From NCBI RefSeq assembly GCF_009914755.1, contig NC_060930.1: a stretch of DNA of 64,000 nt. One strand, given 5' to 3'. This DNA is from the human T2T-CHM13v2.0 reference genome, Homo sapiens. The stretch's first letter is position 1, and every line of letters begins with the position of its first letter. Positions 46,181 through 60,208 of the stretch are shown here, one piece after another. The position numbers and the translations under genes are program-made. The notes under the pieces were generated by a model. The model was not told where the DNA came from. It was given only the letters and a program-made list of their open reading frames with translations, and did not search any database.

Positions 46181-46422
46181 CTCTAAACTTTTCATTGCCT
46201 CCTAACCTCTCGAAAGTGAAGAATTCTTTCCTTCCTTCCATCCTTCCTTCCCTCCCTCATTTTTTCCTTCCTTCCATCTTTTCTTATTTTTTCTTTCCTT
46301 TCTTTGCTTCTTACACACTGAGAGTATTGGATTTTTGTTATTAGAAGTAATGGGTTTTTATTTTAGCAAAGAAAGATATAAGGAGTAAAATTTAAATTCC
46401 CCATCATCCTACCATCCAGAGA

Positions 46423-46857
<435 letters not shown>

Positions 46858-46869
46858 ACCTGGCTTACC

Positions 46870-47540
46870 AGAGATAAGTTTTATATCCTTTTTCTAGTCT
46901 TTTTAAAAAATGTATAGGATAAACTTGCATACGTATATACTAAGAAAATTCTGCCATTGTCATATACTATTTTAATATTTTAACCCTTTTTTACATGGCA
47001 AAATTATAGCTATTTGCATCTATTTATCAGAGCATTTGTTATGACTGGTGAAACAAAATATTTTCCTATATTTGTTAATCATTTGTATTCCTCTCTTAAT
47101 TGTTCAAGTCTTTTTTTGCCCACTTTTTCTGTTGGCATTTTACAAACAGTAAAAATCTCTTATCAATGATTAGCTAATTATATACCCAAAATACTAGTCC
47201 ATTTTATCTCATATTTGTTACAAATTTTTCAAGTTGTTATCTGCCTTTTATTATCCTTCATCATATGTGGGGCATAAATTTATTTTATATTTTTTGTTTT
47301 GTCATATCCAACATTTTTTTCATCAATTTTTGTCCATTGCTTTTACATGCAAGAAGTTCTTATCCATCAAAAGATTATATAAATATTTACTTACATTTTC
47401 TCTTAAGTTGTTTATTATTAAACATTTTTTTCTAGTTCCATCTGGAATTGTTATTAAGATATTGTGAGATGAGAGAATCAAACTTTTATTTTTCTAAACA
47501 GTTAACCAGCTTTCCTGATACAATTTATAGGACAGATAAT
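46870..47540 (-). mobile_element. Ancient L1ME relic
   Basis: tatttgttaatcatttgtattcctct…tttgcccactttttctgttgg…atatttgttacaaatttttc. Confidence 0.55.
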
Positions 47541-47591
47541 TTACAATAAGTGAATCTTTTACAAAAGATACAAAACCAATTATTTTGCTCA

Positions 47592-47900
47592 ATTTTTTTA
47601 TTTTTATTTTTGAGACAGAGTCTCGCTCTGTCACCCAGGCTGGAGGGCAGTGGTATGATCACAGTTCACTGCAGCCTTGACCTTCCGGGCTCAAGCAAGC
47701 CTCCTGTGTCAACCTCCTGAATAGCTGGGACCACAGGTGTATACCACCATGCCCAGCTAATTTTTGTTTTTTGGTTTTTTTGTAGAGATGAGGTCTTGCT
47801 GTGTTGCCCAGGCTTGAGAGCCCAGGCTGGGCTCGAACTCCTGGGCTCAAGCTATCCTCCCACCTTCACCTCCCAAAGGCATGAGCCACAATGCCAGGCC
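47592..47900 (-). mobile_element. AluJ with a small internal duplication and deletion
   Basis: TSD ttgctcaattttt; gcccaggct repeated; gtgctgggattaca missing. Confidence 0.9.
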
Positions 47901-50900
47901 TTGCTCAATTTTTAAAATAGTACTTTAGGTACCAGCTGTATATGAAGCAATTCATTTGTGGTTTGTTTTGCTTGTGCTCCTATTCTTAGCAAAAGATAGC
48001 CTTACTCTCATTTCAGAGCAGAGTAGCCCACGTGGCAATCCCCTAGTCCCTTTTTTGGAGGCCACAGTGTAGCCAGAAGTAACTGGAATGCAAAGCCTCT
48101 GTGTGCCCTTCGACCCAGCTAAATCATTCCACGGGCAGATTGATCAATTTCCTGAGCTTTCATCATGATTTCTGGAGTTCAGTTGTCTTGCAGTTGCTAT
48201 ACAATGTAGTTTTTGTCATATTCCCTCTTATTTCTTAATGTGTCCTGGAAGGAATGGAATATGAAGTCTTTGTAGAGTAGTGGCTACAGCACTGGCTTTA
48301 GAGGCCGCCCTGAGTGCAAGTCTTGGCTTTGCCACTTGTTGGCCGTGGAACCATTCGAGCAAGTTACTCACCTCTCTAAGCGTCAATTTCTTATCTTTGG
48401 GTTTAACAGTGAACCGACCTTAGAAGGTTATTTTGCACTGCCTGGTGCATAACAAGTGTCCAGTAAGTGTTATTGTTGATGGTGCTGGTTACATCCTAAT
48501 GGTGAGTTTCCTCTGGGAAAAACTAATTGTAATTAAGTACAAGCATTAAATACAAACAAAGAACAGCCAAGTTTCTAATGAGCAAACTTTGTGTTTTATG
48601 TTTACTCTAGTTAAGCCCATGCTCAAAATAGGCACCTAGTTGCTGATGATAATTTACTCCAAACAATAAAATTACTTTCTTAAGGTCTAATTGTTTTTGA
48701 TAGAAAAAAGAGGAAAAAATAATAAAGCAGGTTGAAGATGTCACAAGCTGGGAATAAAAGTTTGGTGGGTTTTTAAGATCTGAAAAAGAAATTTTTTTAA
48801 CACCTTAAGGAAAAAAGTTGCAATATACTTTTGTTTCTTTTTTTATGCACAGTAAGTGTTATAGGATGCAGGTGACACATGTGCTGGTGGGGAAGTGAGG
48901 TAGAGGAAATGAGAAGGACGCCCCATGTAGAAAATGGCAGAATCGGAACACGCACCCAGCCCCTCTGTGTGCAGGGTGGCGTTGGATGAGACGTGCAGCC
49001 TGGCCAGGCCTCATGTCGTTGTTTCCCCAGGTTTTGATTTAGGCCCGAAGCCCACCCCATGGAGTCTACATGGCAAAGGGAGCCTGCAGAAGGCATGTGA
49101 CATTTTGTATTTGCATTTGGAATTCAGTGAGCTGCTGATTTGATGATGGAAGCAAATACCAAGCAGTCACTGTCAGTGTTCATGAAATAAGAGATGTCAG
49201 CCATATTTCTAGGATATGACACTTTTGTATTATCTATTGGTATTTCAAAAAAAATGTTATGGTAAAAAAAATTTCCAAAACACATAAGCTACTAGACATC
49301 TGTTTTAGAATAGCACCGCTATACTCATTCACAAACAGCAGTTGTGTTTCTTGTGGGAGTGGCGCTTTAAAGAAGTGTAATAGGGTTTTGTTTTTTTTTT
49401 AATCAGCATTTCTCTTTGGAGATGTTAATGAGCATCCCCAAATTTAAAGTTCTAAATGAAATTATAACACTGGTTATTGCTAACAAAATGAGCAACTCTT
49501 CTAAGGAAGACTAAAAGGAAAAATCGCTGTGAAGTTCCCTCTATGTGATAGCAGGGTTGAGAAAATTTGATTACAGAACCTGAGCTTCTGCAGCGAAGGC
49601 CTGACAGTGTACGGTCGCTGTCTGGGGTGTCCACCCAGCTCCCGGTGATTCCCCCTTTGCTAGCAACTGCTTCTCCCTCCCAATCCAGAACTGTGGGCCC
49701 TGGCAGCCATTTTGTGCAGTGAGGCATCCTTTTACCCTGCAGTCTCTGCTGATTGGACCCGGACAGATGCTTGACCCACGAAGGAATTTACAATTGGCAA
49801 TGATAGAGGTAGTCTTTCATTCCACAGTCACTTTCCACATTGTCTGTTTGCCTTGAGCAGCAGCAAGGCAAAGAATGGCAGTCTGCAGAGAGCAGAAGCA
49901 AGTTTCCCTTCAGAGGGAGGCAGAGAAGGGAGATGAGAGAGTCCAGAGGACATTGAAGTCCCCATTTCTGTGCCTCGCCTTCGTCTGCTGGCTTCTGAAA
50001 CAAGTTCCCCACCTGGTCAAGCCACCAGGAGTAGCTTTCCACTACTTGCCCCGAGGAGTTCAGCAGAGGCACCCTGGGAGCACAGAGGTGTCCTGTTTCT
50101 GTCCCTTGAGAGCCTCTTCATTAGCCTAAGTGTCCACCTCGATCATTGAGTTACTCTCCCTGAGCCACTACGTTGACAGAAGCAGCTGGTGCGGCAAAGG
50201 GACCTCAGGTAGTGAGCACAGCGTGCCCCAGGGCCTCACAGGGAGAAACGCCACTGCAGGCACCAGATGGCAAGAAGTCCATAGAACATTCCGAGAAGAA
50301 GCAAAGCTCTTTGTTTTCCATAAACACTCTCAGTTGAAGGGGGCTTTAGGCAAGAGCATAGGAAGAAACCAGGATCCAGAGCCGAATAGATGCATACAGC
50401 CCTCCCGGCCTCAGTGGCGTGAGAGGCTCCTGACTTGCAGAGAAGAGAACCCAGAGCTGACAGGGAGCGTTCCAATTGCCAAGTCAGACGAGGCTCTCCA
50501 ACCATTCCTGGTGAGGAGGCCTTAGATACCAAGAGCTTCATCTTCCACATATCACAACTAGGTAGTTGTATCTGATGGCATCTGGATTAACTGGGTAAAA
50601 ATAAAAGCAAATCTTTCTTGAGGACAAGGATCACAGGCTCTAGCACCATGCCAAGGCTTTTGCACGCCTGGGCATCACTACGCCTTCACCACACCCATGA
50701 CCCGTGCAGCGTTCCTGGCTGCCTTTCCTTTATGAGGCCACAGGTAAAGCAGCTCGCCCAGGGAGCCACAGCCTGTAAGTGACAGAGACAGCATCGCCCT
50801 CAGCAGTCAAAATCCAGGACCATATTCTTACCAAATTTCTATGTTGCTTCCAGCGTATTGATTTAATCACTTGTGAGCCTCTTCTTTTCATAAAAACCCA

Positions 50901-50913
50901 ACTTGAAGACTTA

Positions 50914-51280
50914 TGTATGAATTTGCTAGGGCTGCATAATAAACACCACAGACTGACTTAAACAGCAGAAATTTATTTCCTTACAGTCCTGGAGGCTGGA
51001 AGTCCAAGATCAAGGTGTGGGCAGAGTTAATTTCTCCTGAGGCCTCTCTTGTTGGCTGGTAGATGGTGTCTTCTCCCTGTATCCTCACATGATCCCCGCT
51101 CCGTATGTGTCTGTGTCCTCCACTTCTTATCAGGACACAAATCAGATTGGATTAGGCCACCCTAATGACCTCTTATCTCTTTAGATACCCTATCTGTCTC
51201 TCAATACAGCCACATTTGAGATACTGGCAGTTAGGACTGCAACATACGAATTTTGGGAGGACACAGTTCAACCCATAACA
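50914..51280 (-). mobile_element. MaLR solo LTR (MLT1A/B-like)
   Basis: tttgctagggctgc…ggaggctggaagtccaagatcaaggtg…ggacacagttcaacccataaca. Confidence 0.88.
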
Positions 51281-51551
51281 GATGCCTCCAGGGATTTTTA
51301 TGGATAGCCATAAATTTCAGTCCATCTGACGTCCAAGGTGGGTGATGAAAGCCAGGAGAGCCCTTTTGGAACAGCGACTTCTGCCTGGGGATGCTGTGCC
51401 TTATACTGCAAGATGGTGCTGTCCAGTCACTCTCTGATCCTATATTCTAATACAGTACTTTTAAACAATGATATGCTTGGCTCTGCTAAGTTACAATGAA
51501 AAGAGCTACTACAGGTACTGGAGGCTTGCAGAGAGAATATACAAGCTGTTA

Positions 51552-52067
<516 letters not shown>

Positions 52068-53430
52068 TCAGTTTCCTCGCGCGAGAGAATCTGATTGGTC
52101 CATAGAGCCACCACCAGGATAGGGGCCTCCACTGGGCAGAGCTCAGGCCACTCACAGCTGAATGCCTGGCACCCAGCCCTGGTGATGAGGTCCAAGCACA
52201 GACTTGTACAGGGGCCTTGGAGGTGGCAGGCACTCTAAAGCTGCTCATAGCAGCACTCATAACTGACTAGCAACTTGTATAGCCTGTCAACTACAAGATG
52301 AAGTCTCTGTCTTAAAGATATTTCTCTAAAATGCATGTACGGTGAAATTGATTGATGTAGTAGAAAGAGACCTGTGTTCTGACCCCAGCTTCTCTCTCAT
52401 CTGGACAAGTTACTTAGCCTCTCTGAGCCACTGATGTAATAACCCTACCTTAAAAGCAGTATTATAAGTCTAAAATGAGTTGAAGTGCTTAAACGTACAT
52501 CCACATATTTCAAAGCAAGGTACTGGATTTTTCATTTTGACATGTGTTTCTTCAGCCTTTCGGTGGCCAGCATATTCCCAGTGCCAGGGCCCAGTCTCTC
52601 TGCCTTTGCATTTCAAGTCCCATCATGGGAGTTACCACTTAACCAGAAGCCATATTGTTCTCAGTGATTATTTGAAATTTGCATATGAAATGTTACCATG
52701 TTTACACCCTGTACTTAAAAGAACTCCTAAAGATAGGCACTCATCTGGGAATCATGACAGATATCTTCAGGATACCTTTGGGGATTTTCAAGAATGAGAA
52801 GTAGATTTCTCTTGCTTAAGTAGAGGGGTGTGTTTCCATGGGGTCCTTTGCATAAATGCCCTATGGGAAACTCTGGTGCCTGGGAAAGGCCATATTCTGT
52901 TGTAAACTGGGGAATCAGACCTACCTTCCTCTCTTCTTCTATCCACATTTGTTCTTTATTTGCAAATGAGTCAGCTAAGAACAGTGCCAAGCGAGGCTCT
53001 TGAGTGTAAGCGCTTGAAAAGTGTCCTATTGTACTTACAACACTTCGTTGATGACCAGTGGCTGCTTACCACTGAAGATGGGGTCAGTGCCTCTGTGCTG
53101 GGGTCCCTGTTGCTGCCTGTCACATCCTGGGCATTGGCTGGAACCCAGAGGTCTTTGAAGAGTGACCTGCTTTATTCCACTCACTTCAGAGCATTAGTGC
53201 CCCAAGTGGGTCCCCTGCTTTTCCTCAGTGGTCTCTTTAGTAAATTCTCAGCTCATCTGGTGGGTTTCGGAAAAACGTTTTTTTAACATCGGGATCCATT
53301 TTGCCATATCTGTTCCGTTATTGCACTGAGCTTGTAAAAGTTGTATTCCCAAGATAATGTTTAACTTTTGGGGGAGTGTGTGTGTTTCAAGTCCCTTTTT
53401 CCTTTAATCATTTGAGGGAACTTTTGTCAG

Positions 53431-53456
53431 GTGTGTGTGTGTGTGTGTGTGTGTGT
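53431..53456. repeat. (TG)n microsatellite, ~12 units
   Basis: Read directly from the sequence. Confidence 0.95.
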
Positions 53457-53807
53457 ACCTGAGAAAACGCGCACACATGCCTGGATGCACACGTGTACAC
53501 ACGTACTTGCACATGCCATTGAGTGCCCATTCTGTATGAGGTCCCGTATTATGTACTGGTACTGTGGGAGGACCAAGGCTCAGAGCGTCTGACTTACGGG
53601 TTTAAGGTCTCACGGCCATTAAGCAGTCATGGCAGGATTAAAGGAGATGCAGCAGATCTGAATTGGCTTCATATCACGGCAAACACGGAAGCTAAATCTG
53701 CGAGTTGGCCACTCCCAGCCCGAGCTTCCCCCGAGTTGGAGCACCTAAATGTTACTCCTTCTAGGTCCCTATAACAGACTGGAGGCCTGGTTTGCTCACA
53801 TAGTTAC

Positions 53808-54281
53808 TGAGGAAGAAAAAGAAACATTTTGTCTGAGGAACGTGAGCTACCTCTAAATTATCAGGCCCAGAGAGGCATGGGATTGAGGCAGCGGCCACAT
53901 CCCACTGCCCTTTTGAGCTAATTAATCATCTCTCGAAGCCGCCTGCTATGCGGCCTCTAGGCCGACTTGTCACAAGTAGCCACAAATTAACCTAACAATA
54001 CTGCACACCAGACACCTGACCCATACCACATAGTTCAACTGCATATAGCCAATCACTAATCAATGCTATTTCTGTAAACTAATGAGAATTCCTGACAAAC
54101 ACCTTTCTGACACCCCACTCCTTGTCCCTTTTCTTGGCTTTTAAATCCTGCTTGTAACAAGGGTCAAATGGAATTCATATCCAAGGTTACTTGTGTCTGA
54201 GTCTTCTAAGAAGCTCTTATCTTGGCCCTAATCAACTCCCCTCTTATTGATTTTGCCTCAGTTTCTCCCTTTAGGTTGACA
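53808..54281 (+). mobile_element. ERV1 solo LTR (MER34/MER39-like)
   Basis: TG…CA ends; tatagccaatcactaatcaatg, aatgagaattcctgac, terminal ttttgcctcagtttctccctttaggttgaca. Confidence 0.7.
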
Positions 54282-54574
54282 TGGCTATGCTAATGGCAAA
54301 GCTTTCCTGACAAAGCCTCCCAGTGCAGGCTGGAGAGGAGGCCAGCTTGTCATCCTCTGGGGAAGAGGAGTACTGTGAGAATAGCAAACAGTTGTTCTGC
54401 AACATTGTCTTTATTTTCAGAACACCCTTCACTTCCCTGGGTGTGTTTCTTGCTCACAGTGGTATGCCATCACAGGGCCACTGAGAGGCAAGGGCACCAA
54501 CTGATTCAGTTCACCAGGCATTTCTGGTGAACCTGCACTCTGTAAACTGCACTATCCGTTTCACGTGTCCCCAG

Positions 54575-54887
54575 TTTATTTTATTTTATTTTATTTTATT
54601 TTTTTGAGACATAGTCTTACTCTTTCACCGAGGCTGGAGTGCAGTGGCATGATCTTGGCTCACTGCAACCTCCACCCCCTGGGTTCAAGTGATTCTTCTG
54701 CCTCAGCCGCCCATGTAGCTGGGATTACAGGTGCCCACCACCACGCCCAGCTAATGTTTGTATTTTTAGTAGAGACAGGGTTTTGCCATGTTGGCCAGGC
54801 TGGTCTCAAACCCCTGACCTCAGGGGATCTGCCCACCTCGCCTTCACAAAGTGCTAGGATTACAGGCGTGAGCCATTGTGCCCAGCC
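54575..54887 (-). mobile_element. AluS (Sx/Sz-like) with (TTTTA)n tail
   Basis: Full dimer; TSD tcac(g/a)tgtcc(c/a)cagtt. Confidence 0.92.
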
Positions 54888-55387
54888 TCACATGTCCACA
54901 GTTCTAAGGAAAGCACCTAGGCTGCATTCACTGGATGCCAAGGGCAGGTAATGAAACTCAGGATTGATGTCAGCCCTTTGAGCTAATATAGAAGATGTTT
55001 GCATACCCCAAATTGTTATTGATAAGTTACCATACATACCAAGAGCAGGATATCAAAGATAACCATGTATCAAAGATCTCATACACCGAGGCCTCTGGGC
55101 AAACACCTCTAAGATGCTTCTCAAGGCTACTTCTTTAGAAAAGCTTTCATGATGCCCCTGTTCTCCACGGTCATCATCCTTGGTGGTCACCGTACCTACA
55201 TGTAGGTCCATCGGAAAGCTGCTGTTTGACACTTACTGACTTTATGTCCCTCTCACTAGACTGTTAACTCCTTGAGGGTAGGAAATCTGTTGATGTTATC
55301 CTTGGTACTTACCATAATGCTTGCACAATTAGAATATTCACTGAATGAATAAGATCTCCTTAGCCAAGGACTCACACTAATACTACA

Positions 55388-55510
55388 TAGGTGCATACAT
55401 ACATATATGTATGTGTATATTTGTGTGTGTCTGTATGTGTGTGTGTATGTCTGTATGTGTGTATTATAACACATGCATATGTGTATATGTATCTGCATAC
55501 ACAATACATA
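55388..55510. repeat. Degenerate (TATG/TG)n low-complexity tract
   Basis: Read directly from the sequence. Confidence 0.85.
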
Positions 55511-57487
55511 TTTTAGACGCATGTAGCTTATCATTTTGGGAGGAATAGGTTTATTTCTCTAGGGCACTATAAAGGTAGAGTGATAGACTTAAGCTTGAGC
55601 TACATTGATCCAGGACAATCCATGGGAAGTGCTCTTCTGAGCACTGTAAATCCCCAATAGGACTTTTTTGTTAAGTTTCTTGTCTAAGCTTTCTGATTGC
55701 TTGGATTAAGGACTAATGATACCTTATGCCAAGGTAAAAATGTTACTAAAAAAAAATTGTAATTTTAAAACCTTTTGGAATGTCTTGAGTTATTCTTTCT
55801 CCATCTAAAGCAGTCATTGAGACTTGACATCAGAGCATGCCCTGTCTTCCCTCTTGCATATGGAATCTAACCCAGCATCTCAGGAAGAAGAATGGAAGAT
55901 GATTTTTTAAATGTCAAAAAAAAAAATTGAACTTCCTCCTGTGCTTTTCACCTCAGCTTCTGCTGCAGACCTTAGATGCCTGCTTTCCAGTATTCGATAA
56001 GAGAATGATGTATACAGCTGTAAACAACTTCAAAGAAGGACACACTTGAAATGCCTTGTGTGCTGTAGTTGCTCGTTATTTTGAGTTCAGTCCACTCTTA
56101 GGGCAGGCACAGAAAGACAGGACCTGTAAGTAAACTCGCTGGATTCATCAAATCTCCACAGACCATTTGATGTCTTCGAAGAGCCCACTGGATCCTGATA
56201 CCCCAGTCCCCTGCAGCCTTGAAGCGTGTTCACGCTGGCTGTGGTTGGGTCTGGCCCTGCAATGCAGGACATCTGGACGTGAACACAGCCTCTTCCCAGA
56301 GAGATGAGCTTAAAGAGAACGACATTATGGGTTCAGAGCATGAGTTTCAGGAAAAAGCTTGATTAGTAATTTATTTTAAAGAAATATTTACTTACGATTA
56401 CTTAAAGAAATAAATAGCTTCATTCTAAAAAAATTCCTGTCTCCCTTAGGATCTGTCTTCACACGCACAAATTTTCTTTCAGGAGGAGGGAGCAAATGTA
56501 CGTGGGTGAGGCAAAGAACTGAAATAATAATCCACCTTTGATCAAAACTCCTTGTTATAGTGTTCCCTGTGAAAACGATTTCTAATCAATGAGCGCTGCC
56601 ACAGCACACTGAGGAGTAATTACCTTACACGTGCTTCACTCTGAGCTGTGATTAGAAACAAGATGTGGGCTCAGAAGGGCAGACGACGAATATAAGGAGA
56701 AAAACCTCAGATAGGAGCCAAAACGTGCAGGCTGTGAGATACTGAATAAGCATGGAGGTCTGCTCCAGGGAGTGATGCCGACATTCGTTCATTCACTCGG
56801 TAAACATTTCCTCACTGTGTTGGGCATCAGTGGTGGTATTAGCAGCCACGTTAAGGTAACTTATCACATGCTACCCTTATATACAAAGATAAGGCAACTG
56901 GCTGGCTCTCACTGAAGTATGAGGTTGACTTCAGAGGTGCTCTGTACTGGAGGGGGGTTTGGGTTGCTAAGACTACACCTTCTGACCAGACTTCCCAGTG
57001 GTTTGGAGCCAATTTCCAAGGGTAAACTGCTTGATCCACAGTCTACCAGCCTGAGCATTCATTGTACCTGGGCTTCATGAGACACTAGGGCCTGGAAAAG
57101 GGAAAGAAAGACTTGGAATAATTCTACCTAGAAGAAAAACTCGAGGAGGGGCTAGGGTCAAGTGTGTGGCAGACTTATTGAGAAGGTGAAGGCCATTTGG
57201 TCTCTGTAGAGAAGCTAGAAGAGGCTTTTGGCCTGACAGTGCTTGCTGGGGCATTTACTGTACCCACGAGAAAGAGTTTCCAAACTCTGATAAATGTTGG
57301 ATGCAGATGTAATGAACACTCTTGCCCACTGAGAAACAGACATGCTTGTTGTGATGGCCCTGCGCTTCTGGGGGTGTCTTCATTTGTCATTAAGACAGCA
57401 GATACTGCCACAGCACCATCACCACCTAGCCATAGCGCAGCCATCCTTGGCAGTTTCCTTCCCTTCTTGGAGAGGTGCCAGTCATGT

Positions 57488-57803
57488 TTGTTGTTTCTTT
57501 TTTCTTTTGCTTTTTTTTTCTTTTTTTGAGACAGGGTCTCACTCTGTCACCCAGGCTGGGTGCTGCAGTCACAGCTCACTGCAGCTCAAGCTCCCTGGGC
57601 TCAAGTCATCCTCCCATGTCAGCCTCCCAAGTAGCTGAGACTACAGGTGCGCACCACCACGCCTGGCTATTTTTTCTTTTGCATTTTGTAGTAATGGAGT
57701 TTCACCATGTTGCTCAGACTGGTCTTGAACTGAGCTCAAGCAATCTGCCCACCTTGGCCTCCCAAAGTGCTGGGATTACAAGAGTCAGCCACCGTGCCTG
57801 GCC
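57488..57803 (-). mobile_element. AluJ
   Basis: ctgggctcaagtcatcctccc; TSD tgttgtttc. Confidence 0.9.
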
Positions 57804-57895
57804 TGTTGTTTCCTTTTAACCCTTGTTTTCAGACAGCTGCAAGAATGCCAGCAGATCTACTCTCATGACCTTAAAAACATACTCAGCATCTTTAG

Positions 57896-57943
57896 CCCAC
57901 CTTGGCCACCCAAAGTGCTGGATTACAGGCGTGAGTCACCTCG
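57896..57943 (-). mobile_element. Isolated Alu 5'-end fragment
   Basis: cccaccttggccacccaaagtgctggattacaggcgtgagtcacc. Confidence 0.8.
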
Positions 57944-59398
57944 AAAACATTCTTGTTAGGTGATGTGCCCCAGAGGAAAGCTTGGACATTCTGAAGTTTG
58001 ACCTACCTGTTCTAAACTATCATTGGCTGCTTACTTATTGTGCCATGTTCCTAAGGCTCAGCCTGCATTCCTACCCCTAGTAGGTAATGATCCAGTTTTT
58101 AAAATTCTTACCCTCTCCAAAAGGATTGAGAGAAACTAGAATGAGTGGCAGGCTTATTAGAGCAGTTGTTCTCTGGATACGTTTACAAATGGGAATAGCT
58201 GCACACTCAGGATCATTGAAGACTCACCTAAACATAACCTAGAAAAGAGACTGAACAAACTCTCAGAGCCGACTCAGCACTTATGATTCTGAAGAAGTGA
58301 TATGCAGGCACAGAATAGTACCTTATTAAACATCTTTGTGTGAAAGGCCAGCTAACCAACTTGGATGAGAATATTCTCCCCACCTTCAAGGGTGCTTAAG
58401 TTTTTATTGGGTTACTTCTGCAAAGCTTCTACCCATCAGTAAATATTAGCCACCTTGGAAACAGTACACAGAATGACAGTCATTCTCCCTCTGGTGTAAA
58501 ATTAGGCACTGGACAAGAGTGCATTTACCTGCTTGCAGGCAGAATTAAAACAGCCAGAATGTGCTTTAAGTGTCTAAGGAAAAATTTGGCCAAGGCTCTG
58601 GGCCAGTGCGTCTGTTGTTATTTTAGATTTATTCAATTAGAGTCACAAGCAAAGTAAATTGAGCTGTGTGGTTGATTTGAATATTACCTTGGAAGACAGT
58701 GTAAAGAGATTAACAAACCCTAAGGGATGAGGGACGAGTGCCAAGCTCCTCCTCTGTCCCCACACACAGTCGGGCCAGGTTTCACAGATTCATTTAGGAA
58801 TGACGAAAATGCATGCAGAAGAGCAGATGTGCCTTTTGTTCAGGGCCACGTAGCCATTTTCCCGCTTCTCCATCCTCTGAAACTTCCTCTGTGTGCATGA
58901 ACTGCTGCAAAAATGAAGCTGGTGCATGTGGAGGCTGTCAGATTTAAGAAGGTGGCCTGCCCTGAGAACTGGGGGAGCTTGGGTCCAGTCGAATCCTGCT
59001 TTTGTCTTGGCAAATGTATTGTCTGGCACAGCCGGCTGCATTCAGTTGACGTGGTGCTTTGACAGATTGGCATGGGTGAAATATTAAAAGTAATTGCACG
59101 GGCCTCATATGTTTTCAGAGGCTATAGGATAAATAAGCCATGCATTTCAACAAAGAACCTTTTCAGTGTTACCATTTTTAGTGCCATGTGGCAATTGGTT
59201 GTCTCACACTCCCTTCAAAGAGTGAGGCATTTTTACATGTTTTTTACTTAGTTTAACGGAGGTAGGGACTAGAATGATGCCAGGAAGCCATCCTGTTTTT
59301 AGGACTGAAGGGGCATTTTTCTGTGTAAGTCTCGTATGGTTTGGTGGAGTGAGATAAGGATGAGTTTTCTTAGCATAAGAAGCTAGAACTGACATGAC

Positions 59399-59444
59399 AG
59401 AGAGGGAGCAGCAGGGAGATAAGAGAGGGAGCAGCAGGGAGATA
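59399..59444. repeat. Perfect 23-bp tandem duplication
   Basis: agagagggagcagcagggagata x2. Confidence 0.95.
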
Positions 59445-59865
59445 CAGGGTAAAAATGGTGAGATTTGCTTGAGGTCACCGTGTGTCCTTAATTAAGACTT
59501 TAATGACATTGTTACTCCCATGGCCTCTCACTGTTTTCCGAGTATATCTAATGCTGCTCTAATATCCAGGCTATAATATTGCAGTGAGAATTAGATTAGA
59601 GAAGATTATATGCAGGCTGTAGTGGTTCTGACGAACGAGCTGTGGTGTGACCTTCGACAGGTCACTCAGCTTCTGTGAACCTGCTTCCTACCTGTGCAGT
59701 GAGGGCAGTGGGCTCACACAGTCTCATGGTCCACTCCAGCATTGCCGGTCTGTGGTCTATGCGTGATGGCCTTGGATTTCACGGCTCCTCTACTCTTGAA
59801 AAGAGGAGGGGTTTTTAAAAGAATGCCTAGTAGGGTGTGGATTATGAATCTGTTCGCTATAACTA

Positions 59866-60208
59866 CAGTTGGACTTTGGTATCCATAGGGGATTGGTTTC
59901 AGGACCCCCAGCAGATACCAAAATCCAGGGATGCTCAAGTCCCTGATATAAAATGGCATAGTATTTGCATATAACCTACACATATCCTCCTGTATACTTT
60001 AAGTCATCTCGGGATTATTTATAATACCTAATACAATGTAAATTCTATGTAAATAGTTATTATACTGTATTGTTTAGGGAATAATGTCAAGAAAAAGTCT
60101 GTACATGTTTAGTATGGACCAAACCATCTTTTTCTTTTTTCAAATATTTTTGATCCACAGTTGGTTGAATCCATGGATATGGAACCCATGGATATGGAGG
60201 ACCAACTA
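59866..60208 (+). mobile_element. MER2 (Tigger MITE)
   Basis: TA-cagttggactttggtatccataggggattggtttcaggaccccc…ggatatggaggaccaacta-TA. Confidence 0.9.
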
